DNA of 63,841 bases, filler included, from Blastocystis sp. subtype 4 (lineage: Eukaryota): NCBI RefSeq assembly GCF_000743755.1. It is 3 parts of 3 records of this genome, joined end to end, with 100 filler letters (N's around TTAATTAATTAA, not from the genome) between each part and the next. Parts side by side here need not be neighbours in the genome. Positions count along the whole stretch, not along the records: positions 1 to 23,166 come from NW_014569374.1; positions 23,267 to 54,512 come from NW_014569373.1; 1 more part is not named here. One strand, written 5' to 3'. This document shows positions 14,376 through 26,620 of this stretch, piece by piece (position 1 is the first letter of the stretch; each line of letters starts with the position of its first letter). The position numbers and the translations under genes were made by a program. The notes beneath the pieces were generated by a model that was not told where the DNA came from, made no database searches, and was given only the letters and a program-made list of their open reading frames with translations.

Positions 14376-14383
14376 TGTTTGTT
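14376..14383 (+). terminator. TGTTTGTT polyadenylation motif of VPS13-like gene
   Basis: Starts exactly 5 nt after the T of TAG (14371). Confidence 0.75.
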
Positions 14384-14490
14384 TCTGAGAAATGTCGCTA
14401 ACTCTGAGACGATGGCTGAATTCCCGTGATTGCCGAACCGACTTTTGTGGAGAATTGAATCGACGGATTATTCAGAATTGTAGTAATAAC

Positions 14491-15065
14491 ATGGTATGGT
14501 TGAATTGGAATGAATGGTTGGTTATGTTCTAATCCGTTGTGTAGGCTCTTGTTAACCAGGGAGAGTTCCAGCACATTCTCCGTGTGCTCAACACTAACAT
14601 CGATGGAAAGCAGAAGATTGTCTACGCTCTGACCTCTATCAAGGGTATTGGTCGTCGTTTTGCCACTGCTGTGTGCAAGAAGGCTGAAGTCGATATTCGC
14701 AAGCGGTACTTGGTATTTCTTTATGAAGTGATTGTTTAGTGCTGGAGAACTGAGCAACGATGAGATTGACAGACTGATTGCTGTTATCTCGAGCCCTCTG
14801 CAGTACAACATTCCTGAATGGTTCTTGAACAGACAGAAGGATGTTGAGACTGGAAAGTACAAGCAGATCGTTGCTAACAACCTCCAGGCCAATCTCCGTG
14901 AGGATCTGAACCGTCTGAAGAAGATGCGGTAGGAGAAGATGTGATAGAGTAATGAATAGTGCCAACCGTGGTCTTCGTCACTATTGGAACTTGAAGGTCC
15001 GTGGTCAGCACACCAAGACCACTGGTCGTTTCGGAAAGTCTGTGGGTGTCTCTGCTAAGAAGTAA
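14491..15065 (+). CDS. RPS18: 40S ribosomal protein S18 (uS13), 3 introns
   Basis: [39 protein letters not shown]...[11 protein letters not shown]...[21 protein letters not shown]; exon 1 is the ATG alone (14491 or 14514). Confidence 0.96.
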
Positions 15066-15199
15066 AGGATGTCTGGGGTGAGAGTGTTATTACTTGCCTT
15101 TTGGCATGTTTTTTGTATCTCTAACAAGTACTTGGAAACAAGTATGGTCTAGAAGAACTTTTCTGGATACGAAATACTCACATTAATCATTCACTAGAA

Positions 15200-15792
15200 A
15201 TGAGTCGTTCTTACGAGGACCATAATCACCGTGTCTCTTCGTTTCATCATAGTTCACATCATAGCCGAGAAAGGGATTCCCAATCTGAAGTACTTCATGT
15301 AAATTATATCTAAACATGTAGAGGTCACACAGCAAATCCAGGACAAAAGAAAAGCATTCGGATTCGCGTAGGAAATGAAAATAAAGTTGATGTCCAGGGA
15401 TTTGTTCGTTACGAACTTACAAAAACTACTCTCCTCCATTTGTAACTATAGAATCGATTAAAGTGAAAGAAATGGTTATCTGTTACGATTAGGAGCTGTC
15501 AAATGAGGTTCATCAATTAAGGAAAGATTTAAAAGCATGGAGGCAAGCAAGAAAAGAAGAAATGGAAGAAAAAAAGATCAAACCTGCTCCTTTCGTCATT
15601 CCTATGCATCGAATGTATACATTATCACCAGAAAAGCGGATATTGTGCGTATCCTATCGAAACAGCCGAAAGGTGAATGCTGCCATTGACAAAGCTATGA
15701 GGCAAAAACATACATCAAAAGAAGAGCAAAAGCTGTCTAAGAGTGAAGAAAAGCATCACTCGGATGTGGAGAGTCAATCAGCTGGTCCTTAG
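15200..15792 (+). CDS. Hypothetical basic/charged protein, multi-exon
   Basis: ATG 15200, short GT-AG introns, TAG 15790-15792 followed by TGTTTGTT at 15795-15802. Confidence 0.55.
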
Positions 15793-15820
15793 TGTGTTTG
15801 TTTCTCAGACAACAAAGAAA

Positions 15821-16354
15821 TCAACAGGCATATTTTTCAGTCCACTCTGCAGCAGTCTTCTCGAAAGCCTCACGGTTGTTGCGGACTTCATCACCAATAT
15901 CAGGGTCCAAAGCCATTTCGCAACTAGCGTAGTTCTAATAATCACACGAAAGTAACATCCATACTTGAAGCATCTCATATACAGTATTCAGGACAGTGGT
16001 CAGATTACTTACAGCCTTCCAGTTGGCTGCAATAGCCTCGTTACAGAATTTACCTTCATCCTTGTCAACAAGGGGATGATAAATCTTTGTGACAAATCGC
16101 ACCTACATATGAATTAGATCCCTTCTAAGGATTACAGTAGGAGCAACAAGAGGGTAGTTGTTAGGAACTGAAATCTCCAAATGGAAAGCTCCTCCATCAT
16201 AAGGAGATTCTTCGGGTCCTAGCATGGTTGCGTCCACGATATTTGTTCCATCGCGAAGCTAGAAGTAAAATCGCCCAGTCTTCCTTACTGTCAGAGTAGC
16301 AAAATCGAGAGGATCCTTCTCAAGTTTCTTTAGCTCTTTAGTCACTTTATTCAT
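15821..16354 (-). CDS. Ubiquitin-conjugating enzyme E2, 3 introns
   Basis: MNKVTKELKKLEKDP...LGPEESPYDGGAF...YPLVAPTVRFVTKIYHPLVD..EGKFC...AAEWTEKYA. Confidence 0.92.
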
Positions 16355-16459
16355 TTGTATTTTAACGGAAATATGGATATTCAACCATAACATCAGAAAA
16401 CCGCGGTTTCATGATTCACATTCGATAGAAGGCAACAAAACCAATACTCTGTGTGTTGG

Positions 16460-17600
16460 ATGTTTGGACGATTTTTGGCAAGATTCCAGAGAAGGAAAGG
16501 ATGGGAGGAGAGTATTCTAGATTCTTGTCGTATCCTCGTTAGACTACTTTAGAAGTGTGTATTTATCCCGCCTGATCATGAATCGATATGTATCGCAAAC
16601 ACTGTTTACCAGACTGTCATGCATCACATGCTTTTGTCATTGTGAAAGTGGTAATGGACACATGGAACAATGTATAGACACCATTATATTTGGAGATCAG
16701 ATGGGATCAATCATTCTTGTTAGTGAGGGGATTCAATCAGAAGAAGTGAGTTTATCCTTTCTTCCGATAGATGAGTTTGAATTTGGAATCATTCTTTATA
16801 TCTAGTCTTTTGTATGTTGATGATCATAGTTTTGTGGCGATAATCTCCACAAATGAAGTGAAACTAGTTTCTTTTGTGATCAGGAACTTAAGAATTGTCA
16901 CCAAAGTGGATTCAATTCCTTTGGTGGATCTAATGGCTGGTTGTATTTCTCAGAAGGGACATTTTTGTATGGAGCCAACCTCAAGCAACTTGTTTTATAT
17001 TACATCATCAAATCATATTGCCTATAAACGGATTGGCGACAACCATATAGAAGAACTCTCGTATATTTCAGATGTGTGGCGAATTGTGAAATTCTCTCCA
17101 GAGGCATTGATATTTGTGGATTCGAGTCGGTCATGTCTCCACTACCTTCATATCCAACAGCAAGTGGATCAAGAGCTGATTCATCTAGTACTGTTTGTAG
17201 ATTTGTATTCCTGTAGAGTGTACCGATTGATGATGTTCAGGTTACAGAGGACAATGAATACATTGTTCTTGTTTCCATTACTGCTGGTCAGATTATTCTT
17301 CTTCCGCTCTTAACTCCCACAGTGTATTATGTCATTTCTTCATCGTATATCAATATGAGTGTATTTCCATGTTATGTCAAGGCAATCGACTCTTTCTTGT
17401 TTGCAGGAACGAACTCAGGAGAGTTGCTAGTTGTGAACTGTGTGAATCTGTATCCTCCGATGAAAACTGTTCCATTCTGCCATGAGGATCATCGAATCCG
17501 ATTAGATTGTGATGTATTATCAGGTATTTATTGTCCAGATGCTTTTCATTTAATCCTTTGTGATCAATCAAGTAGAGTTATTCAGCTCTCACTCTTTTAA
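16460..17600 (+). CDS. Hypothetical beta-propeller/WD40-like protein (start uncertain)
   Basis: Chained ORFs with beta-strand patterns (IIFGDQMGSIILV, LFAGTNSGELLVV); TAA at 17598-17600. Confidence 0.45.
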
Positions 17601-17622
17601 AGTATTTTTTACAAACACTTCA

Positions 17623-20600
17623 TTAAACGCATACAACATGATTACCTCCATATCCACCCTGATTTGGGGGTTGCTGTCCATGAAATCCTTGGACATTCCG
17701 TGCTCCAGTAGCCTGCTGTCCACCTGCTCCATATCCCATATGCGCTGCACCCGCTTGCTGAGGAGTTCCTCGTGAGTACATCATCATAGGCGTGGGAGGA
17801 TTACTCCGCTGTCGATTCATGTCACTAGGATACCCAGGAACTCCCTACATATCACAATCATCCATAAAACTCACTTCTCCTGGAACTCCTTCTTTCCGCA
17901 CGCCCATAGTCTGTTGGAATACCTTCGGATTCTTCTGCTGTTTCAGCAAACTCAGATTCTGTTGTAGCAAACGCACATTACTGCGCACTAACTGTGGTAC
18001 AGAGTGATAGAATGAATGTGGAGCAATCGCAGGTTGAATTCGACGCAGTCTCCGTTCCACAGAAGGAGGTAACTTCTGACGTTTCAGATTCATTGACTCC
18101 TCTGCTGGGAGAGGCTCTACAAGACGTTTTCGATTCTCTATGGGCTGTGGGATCTCTTCTACTAATCGGAGATATGGGTACTTCACACGAACAGGTGCAG
18201 ATTCTGGTAACTTCACTTCTGGCTCTGGTTCTATTGGTGTGGGTGTCTTCAGGAATTCTACCAGCTCTGTATTCATTGGAAGAACCAGAGTTTCTTCTGC
18301 ACTCAGATCCTTCAATTCATTCTTCACCTCCACGACCGCTGGTGATTCCGTCATGAGAGTGAATCCAGTTGGATCGTCAGTCTCTTCTGTCTCATGCATT
18401 AGTGGCTCTATCTGCGTTCCAAAGAGTTGCGAGGAGTTACTCACAACAGAATCCACTTCAATCTTGGTTTCAATCGGTTCGGTGTGACTCTGAACCTGTC
18501 TACGAAGATCCTCTTGAATTCGTGCAGCTGCGGAGAGAACTTGTTCATATGGCACTACAATCGATTGTTGAGGATTCCGATTTGGTTGGAGGAGATGCTG
18601 GAATTTCGACTCATCATCAATTGTGATCCGGACTAGAGGCAGATTTGCGATGGCCTGTCGGCGCAACTCAATGTAGTTGGGAGGATGCTGAAGTGGAATA
18701 GGTCTCACTGTTACACGGCCTGACTGAGACTTTGTTTCCACCAGACTTGCAGCAGAGTTGGATTGAGATTGTGATGTTCGACCTGTTGAGTTCCGTCGAA
18801 GGTCCTTCGTGTGAGGAGGCTGTGGATGATCAGGACGCATCAATCGTTGAAGCCTCTTACTTCGATCAGCTTCCTCTGCTGCAAAGAAGGCATCACGCTC
18901 TTTCAGCTTGGCTACTGATGATTCAGAAAGTCCAGGACATTGCTGGAGAGCTGAAGTCACAGTACGATTCTTTACTGTCCTAAATAGGTCAGCGAATGGA
19001 CCTGTACTTTCCTCTTCCATTGTAGGACTTGTGGACGTGTGAGAGACCGATTCTGCTGGTTCCTTTGCAAATATATTCACTGTTGCAGAGAGAACACGAT
19101 ATGGAATAAATAGATACTTGGCTTCCGCGGGAATAGCTCCACTAACAGGAGTATTACTGCGTTGCAAGAAAGACCATCGTTGGGAACAATGAGCACGTTG
19201 TCTGGAACGATGATTTAGTTGCTCCTGAAGGAATACCCAACAGATAAACAACCAGGATGGTCCAAATTGCATGACAAGTGTCATGAGCATTTCATCCTCC
19301 TTCTTTGACCATACTAAGGAACGTTGCATTCGATGATGAAGATACGTACCAATACTGCCTGGAGCTGTTCGTTCCTCTGTATCACCTCCTTCTCGCTGTC
19401 TCTTTCGGTTTCGTTTCGATTTGGTCGTATCAGTAACATCAGAAGACTTACTAATCGAGAAACTCAGAGAAAACGAAGGACGAGGAGCAAATCTTTCAGG
19501 TACAACCGTAAATCGACTGTCTTTAGGAGGCAACAGAGCATACAGTATACTGTCCATCACATAACCCTCATTCTTGTTGTAAATGTCAACAGTAGCTGCT
19601 TCCCACGCCTTCAACGAGCGTTCTACTCCAGTAAACGAATCTTCTTCCATCAGATCAGAATCATCTTGTAAAGAGAATCCTCCCAGTACCACTGGACCTG
19701 TTTCTGTCTTGTCACCATTATGGAGGTTCCATGTCGAGATGTGGTTCCAGGATGGAGTAGAGGGATACTTCACAAGCTGCTCTGAAGCAGTTGTCTCCAC
19801 TGGATACACGGGGAATTCGAACTTTGGAATCAGTGTAGGAGGAGTGAGAATGACTTCAGGAGCTGGAGTATCCATGACCTCCACAGCTTGCGACTGATAG
19901 GGAATTTTCTTCTCCAAAGCAATGCAATAGGAAAGCAGAGGCAGATCACGCAATCGTGCTTGTAATTGGAGTGCAGTTTCTACTGTATGGAATGAATCAG
20001 GGATTAATGCTTCATCCTCAATAAAACGAGGTGAATAGGAAAGACATGGGAAAGCTTCATTGAAGAATATTACTAATACCTACTTTCATTGGAAGGGAAT
20101 AAAAAGTCACGATTTTGGTGATATTCTTCCATAGAGTTCCATTCCTTTTCATCAAGAATCTCACACACAAGTTGCTTCTTCTCTCGTTTTCTCAATCCAT
20201 TCAATACTTTGAGGCAAGCTTCCAGCTTCTCAGTACGTGTATCTGATCGTGGTAACCGCAGTTGAAGTCGAGACTCCGTTTCAGAGAAGATTTCAATGAT
20301 ATGAGCATGATGATTGATGGGTGCAGAGAGAGAGAGAAGGAGATTATGATAGAGTGTTTGAGAAGTCGGTGTTATGGGCTTTTCAGACACAATGATTCGA
20401 GATACAATAGGGATTGATGACAGAGGCAGCAATGAGGAAGGTTGGAGGAAGGAAGGGAGACACACGATTCCTATAGTAGCTGGAGACGCTGCATTAAAAC
20501 AACCCACTTCCTTCGGTGCTAAGAAAGTCTGTGGTGAGGTAGCACCAGGAATAGCATGAAGTTCAATCACAGATAGTCCTTCTTTGTGGAGATATCGTGA

Positions 20601-22847
20601 GATGGAGTGTGTAAGAGCTTCACTATCTGTAATCACGATCTGTTTTGCATTCTCACGCCGACCTACAGCGATCTCATCGAGAATAGCAATCAGACGACTA
20701 CTTCGAATGATTGGTAATGAAGACGAAGAGGACGATGGACGAACATATGATGAAAGTGCAGAAATCGCCTCTGTTTCGGTCAATTGTTGAGATCGACTCA
20801 ACCATTTGTATCGATAGTCAGATCCAGTCAGTTGTGGTTGAGATACTTGAACAGGAGGAGTACAGAGATCTGTGACCAGAGGTGTAATGTCCAAAGAACA
20901 GTACCACTATGAATCAAATCAGGATTCTAGAAGAACCTCATCTGATATAGAAGAAGAACGCAGAGTAATTGGTACATTTGGAATAATGAACTCTTTGTAC
21001 GAACGAGGGAGGTCTGCGGGATCTCCAAGAAGTGCTTGCACTTCTCGTTTCCGAAGAGGTTGTGTGTTGTATGAGAGAACACTGAATACCGAAGATAGAA
21101 TACACTCATAAGGAGATGGAATGGAAGGAGCCCAAAGCCAACGAGGCCAATCTATTCTACTGATAACTTATGAAATGAAATGAAACTGGATAGGAGGGAG
21201 AATGCAAGGAGAAGATAGAGGAATGGTCATTCGATCGATCTGACGTGTGACTAAATAGAAAGAGTGAAGAAGATCTGATGGAGAAGGATCTGATTGTGCT
21301 GTCAGTCTATCTAAGAGATCGTTACGTAGTTGTTCCTGAATAGGAGAGAGATGAATGACTTGAGTCGTGATTGTTACTGATGTATCTTTGGAACGTGAAT
21401 ATGATTCGCTGAAGTGATAAGGAAGAGACTGAAGGGAAGAGTTTTCTGAAGTTTGAATTACCAGAACTTGAGTATTAGATGCAATGAAGGGAGAGATGGG
21501 AGCAGTCACATGTACACACATGAACACTGTTAGTTGAACAGAGAGTGTGAAGTCTTTCAATGATGATGGCGATAAGACAAGAAGATCTCGCGTCCGTAGT
21601 GAACTTGGAGGTGACAAGTGAAGACGGAAATGTGGAAACAGATACTGGAGAATTGACGTAACTGCAGGGATAAAGGCATCTTCGCAGAGAATCATTCCCA
21701 CTCCTTTATAGCAACGATTTAAGACAGGACACATCGCTAGGAAAACTGGTTCTACAGACCCTTCAGCACAATGAACAACAACGGGAAGTCTCTGTAGAAC
21801 ACACTGTTGGATGTACTGATTCATTCCTTCTCTATCAGTCCTCTCAACAAGTTTCTTCACAACCTCCTCAGACACTTGAAGCTCCTCCTTCTCCTCTCCA
21901 ATATACTCTGAACGCATTAGCTTCTTGTTAAGTGTAATCTCGATTCGACGATCATCTTCCAACTCTTTCTCCGGTTCCACAGTTGAAACTGGAACCGAAC
22001 CTGCTAACTCTTCATTGGCTGCATGCACCTTGCTCCAGAAATCTTGAACCATCCCAGCGAGCATATGACCAATACGACGCTTTTGTTGCTCCTCTGAATT
22101 CATATCAGCACTAGGAGCAACGTTTCCATCGCTTCCACAACTATCATTCTCATGAATCTGTTGATGAGGATAGATGTACTTATAGAAAAATGATTGCGCC
22201 TCATGTGCTAGAATATAGGCAACATGGATTTTCCACCTCCGCTCTTCTATGAAGTCATTGGACACTAACCGCATTTCTTCAAGCATATAATCATATTGAC
22301 ACTTTCGGCGAATAGGATCGGGGGTTAATGGAAAGGCAGACATAGAATCATCCCGAAGATCACTCAGTTCGCCGTATAACTTCTTTCGTTTGAATTTTAA
22401 CTTTGAAATGTAACTGTTGAGACTCCGAGAATAATTGATTCGGATGATGGAGGATGGGAGATGGCGATAGGAAGGGGTTTGGGATACTTTGTGTGGAGCA
22501 GCTTGCTGTGGTGGTGGTACAGTCGTTTGAACCCTTTCTTTATTCCCTCCAAGACGAATACTAATAGTGAGCGGACGGCTCCCCTGAGAAACCACCAAAT
22601 TACGACTCTTATCGGAAACGGAATTATTCTAAGCAATAAGGGAAGAAAGCTATCATTCACCCGAACCTTGAAACGGGAAAGAGCTTCCGATGCATATTCC
22701 TTGTAGATCTCTCTATCGTTCTCCTTTTCAAATCGTTCACATAGACTAATCTATCACCACCCGCATAATACATAGGTACTCAAGAAATCGACTCACTTCT
22801 TGGTTATCGGATAACCGCTTTGGAATCGGAGCCGTTTCAATCTCCAT
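17623..22847 (-). CDS. EP400/Domino/EAF1-like chromatin protein: HSA + degenerate SNF2-like region + Myb/SANT + Q/G-rich tail
   Basis: HSA: QYDYMLEEMRLVSNDFIEERRWKIHVAYILA; SANT: WSKKEDEMLMTLVMQFGPSWLFI...HCSQRW; 29-30-nt introns join ORFs 21168-22598, 20073-20894, 17845-19953 and 17623-17820. Start and last exon uncertain. Confidence 0.75.
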
Positions 22848-23166
22848 TCAACTTAGAGACTCTAGATCCAGGCAGATAACAATACAATACAGTGATTACC
22901 TAGTTACGGCTCATATCAAGGCTGTCTGTACAGTGATCCTATTCAAATTAACTCGCGATTTCCTTAATATTTGATTGTATTTTATTGGTCATGGTGTTCT
23001 ATATGGAAGAGATGCTAGATACAAAAAGCAGTGAATCGGGAGAATGACTATCCAAAGAGATATCCCCTCTCCGCCAACTCTGTTCAAGAACCGTTCTTTT
23101 CGTATTACCTTTTCTTGTCCTTTTCTCCACACAAAGCCACTCTGTGGTCCTTCTTTTCAACAGTAA

Positions 23167-23266
23167 NNNNNNNNNNNNNNNNNNNNNNNNNNNNNNNNNN
23201 NNNNNNNNNNTTAATTAATTAANNNNNNNNNNNNNNNNNNNNNNNNNNNNNNNNNNNNNNNNNNNN
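23167..23266. other. Assembly spacer N-TTAATTAATTAA-N
   Basis: 100-nt N run with a six-frame-stop linker; same design at 54513-54612. Confidence 0.95.
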
Positions 23267-23993
23267 ATACTTATGAGAAACACCACGATCAGCTCCACCT
23301 AATGGGAAGAAGGCCATGAAATACATTCCATTCTTATCCAACAGATCCTTCACTTCCCACTGTTGCAGATAAGGATGTAATTCAACTTGATTGACAGCAG
23401 GTTTTACAGTACATCGATCCAGAAGAAGTTGGAGTCTCTTACTTGTGTAGTTGGACACTCCAATGGCTCTCAGAATGCCCTTGTGACTTCCAATTTACCC
23501 CAAGTCTGCATCACCAGATCAATGTTGAATCCAAGTTTCTCACATCCCTCTGTTGGATATGGGAAAGAATCGAAGAAGTTTCCTTCACGACGCTTCTTCT
23601 CCTCTTCGGGAGCCAGATTAAAGAAGGAAGAATGATGGATCAGGAACAAATCAATATAGGGAGTCTGTAATTCTTTCAATATATTCTCAATAGCCTTATC
23701 CACATCATCAGGCTTCCAATCCGAGGCACGAAGCTTGGTGGTAATGAACAGGTCTTCTCTCTTCACAACTCCCTCATCAATACACTTCTTGATAGCAGCA
23801 CCAACTTCCTTGTGATTTCTGTAAGCACTAGCAGTATCAATGAGACGATATCCAGCCTTGATTGCAGTTTCAACAGCCTCTGCACATGAATTTCCAGCAG
23901 AGAGGAAAGTTCTAGGATCAAGAATTGCTTTAATCCTTACCCAAGTCCCAAAAGGGGCATCTTTACACCATTGTTCAGAATAACACTGTTCAT
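23267..23993 (-). CDS. Aldo-keto reductase (3' end in gap; apparent frameshift ~23486)
   Basis: MNSVILNNGVKMPLLGLGT...GYRLIDTASAY...REDLFITTKL...YIDLFLIH...AIGVSNY...PAVNQVELHPYLQQ. Confidence 0.88.
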
Positions 23994-24186
23994 TTAGAAG
24001 ATATAAGCGATTGAAAGAAATAATGAAAACAATGAGGCTTGTAGTAAAGATCTTAGAGTAACTGTTCTGATTTGTGTCAAAGGAGATTAACCAATCAGAT
24101 TGCTTGAACTTGTGATTGACCTTTTCAATTTGTTTTAAGAGGAAACCACAACCTCTAATAGATAGTGAACTCAAAACAAACAAGTG

Positions 24187-25941
24187 AGAAATCGATAATA
24201 GGCACACCCCAAGTGCAATCATCTTCAATTCCCAGATTCTTGTCACCAATAAGCATACGGACCCATCCGTTCTCTCCCCAGTATTCTCCCCAGCTATTAC
24301 GAACAATCCAGTACTCCTGTCCATCCTCAGTCTTGCCCCAGCCAGTCACTTCAATAGCATGACCTCCCAAATAATCGTGATCATGTTCAATGAACAAACC
24401 ACCCTGATAATCCAAGAATTCCTGGGTTACCATGATACCACATGAGATAGGACCACGAGCAAACAACTCAGCCTTCATCTTTTCCACTCCCCTCACATAT
24501 CCATATTCACCAATCTTGTATCGTTTGTAGTCCTTCACAGCATGACAGGCTTCACCAGGAGGACAATCCATACACTGATTCATATCAGTACACTCCTTAT
24601 CGATAGCTTCGTACACCTGACAGGTCTGGTCAGGAATACCCTCCTTATGAGCATGCTCATACACACCTCCTTCAAATCCACCATGACAACTACCACTGTT
24701 ACCACAGTTGATCACTTCCTGGACCGAGAGTTCAATGGAAGGCCACTTACCCTTTCGCATGATATTCATACGATCCGAGAGAGCTGAAGTGGGTGCCTGA
24801 GCCCAGCAAGAACCGCAATACACGGGAATATGCTGGTTCTTATTCCAAGTAGCATAGTTATGTCCATCAACATTGCGAATATCATAGGTTTCAGGAATCT
24901 CCTCCTTGCTCAGATAAGTATGAGGCAAAGGCGATTTGATAACTGGATGAAGCTTATTCCAATCGTTCTTAAAAGCACAGGAATGAGGGAAATAACGAGC
25001 ACGGTTGGCAGCAGAACGCATGCGATCATTCAGTTCCATCTTCTTGGGAATACGAGGAACTGCCCACTGGCATTCCTCCTCAATACCAATATTGTCTTCA
25101 CCACGTACTACACGGAACCAACCGTTCTCACCCCAGAATGTTCCCCAGCTGTTTCGTACAATCCAGTACTTCTGACCATTCTCTTCACCCCAACCAACAA
25201 TCGAAATGGCATGACTCAGATCCTTGTTTCCAGTGGTATCCCGGTAAATACCTCCTTTGTACTCGAGGAGATCGTCAGGAATAGCAATTCCACAAGTAAT
25301 AGGACCACGAGCATAAATCTCCTTCATCATCGCCTCTTCACCCGACACAGAACCATACTCATCCACATAGTACTTAGTGTAGTTCTGCACAGCATGGCAA
25401 GGGGTATCATGACCACAATCACGGCAGATATTGAAGTCAGTACATTCATTATCGGTAGCAGTGTAACGCATACATCCTTCCGTGGGAATACCATTCTGCT
25501 TCATATAGTTGAATGCCTGAAGAGGATGACCACCATGGCAACCAGCAGCAGAGTCGACACAGTTTACAAGAACTTGAGGAGAGAGCTCCTGGGTAGGCCA
25601 GGCTCCCTTAGTCATCAAACGAAGACGATCCGAAACAGCAGAGGCAGAGGCAAATGCCCAGCAAGATCCGCAATACTGAGGAATATGCTGGTTCTTGGTC
25701 ACAGAGACATACGAAATACCATTAAGGTCACGACTAGATTTCGAAAGAACAAGGCACTACTTACGGATCGTAACTCTTTGGTAACTCGTCATTGGTCATG
25801 TATTCCCATGGTTGAGGAGACTTCACAAACGTTTCAACCTTAGCATTACGAATGAAACACTTCTGGGAGCAGGCAATTGCCACAACTAAGAAATTAAAAT
25901 ATAACTATGCAACTACGGAGAATAAACAGACAAGCCTTCAT
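24187..25941 (-). CDS. CTSZ: Secreted tandem double-domain cathepsin Z/X-like cysteine protease (C1A)
   Basis: Signal peptide MKACLFILLVAIAC; two domains each with NQHIPxYCGSCW, HAI and WIVRNSWG. Likely ends GVPIIDF with a poly(A)-made stop (genomic ORF runs on to 24155). Confidence 0.93.
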
Positions 25942-26154
25942 TTACACAAATAAATGACGCGGATGTGCGTCGCCCTTTTAGTAGGTGCAACGATGAAATG
26001 GTCAGATCAACCAATACGGTACCTTATCAAAATGAATGTAGAATCCTGAAGAGTCTCTATGAGAGGATGGAAACTCCTTGATAAAGTGACAAACAAAAAG
26101 AACAAATTGTATCACGCAGATCAACAAAACAATGAAATTAAGAAAGAAACAACT

Positions 26155-26516
26155 CTATCCCAAATAGTTACAAACGACCAAGAAAAGAAGAAGCATACAG
26201 AAACAGTACTCTGCAAATATCTTGTTGTTATCAATCTTTTGGAATTCTTCAGAGGTAATACCCATGCGGAAGCAGACTACACGAATTAATGCGACCCTAG
26301 GAAGTGCCTACTTGAAAGAACACAAGAACCGAGACTAGCAATAAATCCAGCCAAAAAAGCATTGAAGGGATAGGTCCCTACAAGAAAGCAATATACGGCT
26401 TGAATAATGGCTGCCAGAGCAGAGAAACCGATGAAGGCATCCAGCATCTTCACCTGTGTTGTAGTTTCCTTCGTATACTTTTCCGCTAAATTCTTACAGA
26501 GTGAAACGAATTCCAT
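26155..26516 (-). CDS. DAD1: Oligosaccharyltransferase subunit DAD1/OST2
   Basis: KMLDAF...YCFLVGTYPFNAFLAGFIASLG...IFAEY...LFLVVCNYLG*. Confidence 0.94.
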
Positions 26517-26620
26517 GCTTGAAATAGTGAAACTAACTATCTCGAAAATCGATGAAATTTTCACATTAGCAAAAAGCTTGTTGGGCATTTCGCACCTGTT
26601 GATCATAATACTAATTTGTC

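Noticed and set aside
23211..23222. TTAATTAATTAA palindrome flanked by Ns (also 54557-54568)
   Set aside because: Artificial six-frame-stop contig linker, not biology; it also makes adjacency across it unproven.
23994..24324. N-terminal extension of ORF 23470-24324 suggesting an AKR fusion overlapping cathepsin
   Set aside because: True AKR exon 1 starts at 23993 in another frame and splices in; the extension is read-through of intergenic and out-of-frame sequence.
24830..25843. 337-aa ORF antisense to cathepsin Z
   Set aside because: No motifs; expected shadow ORF from codon bias.
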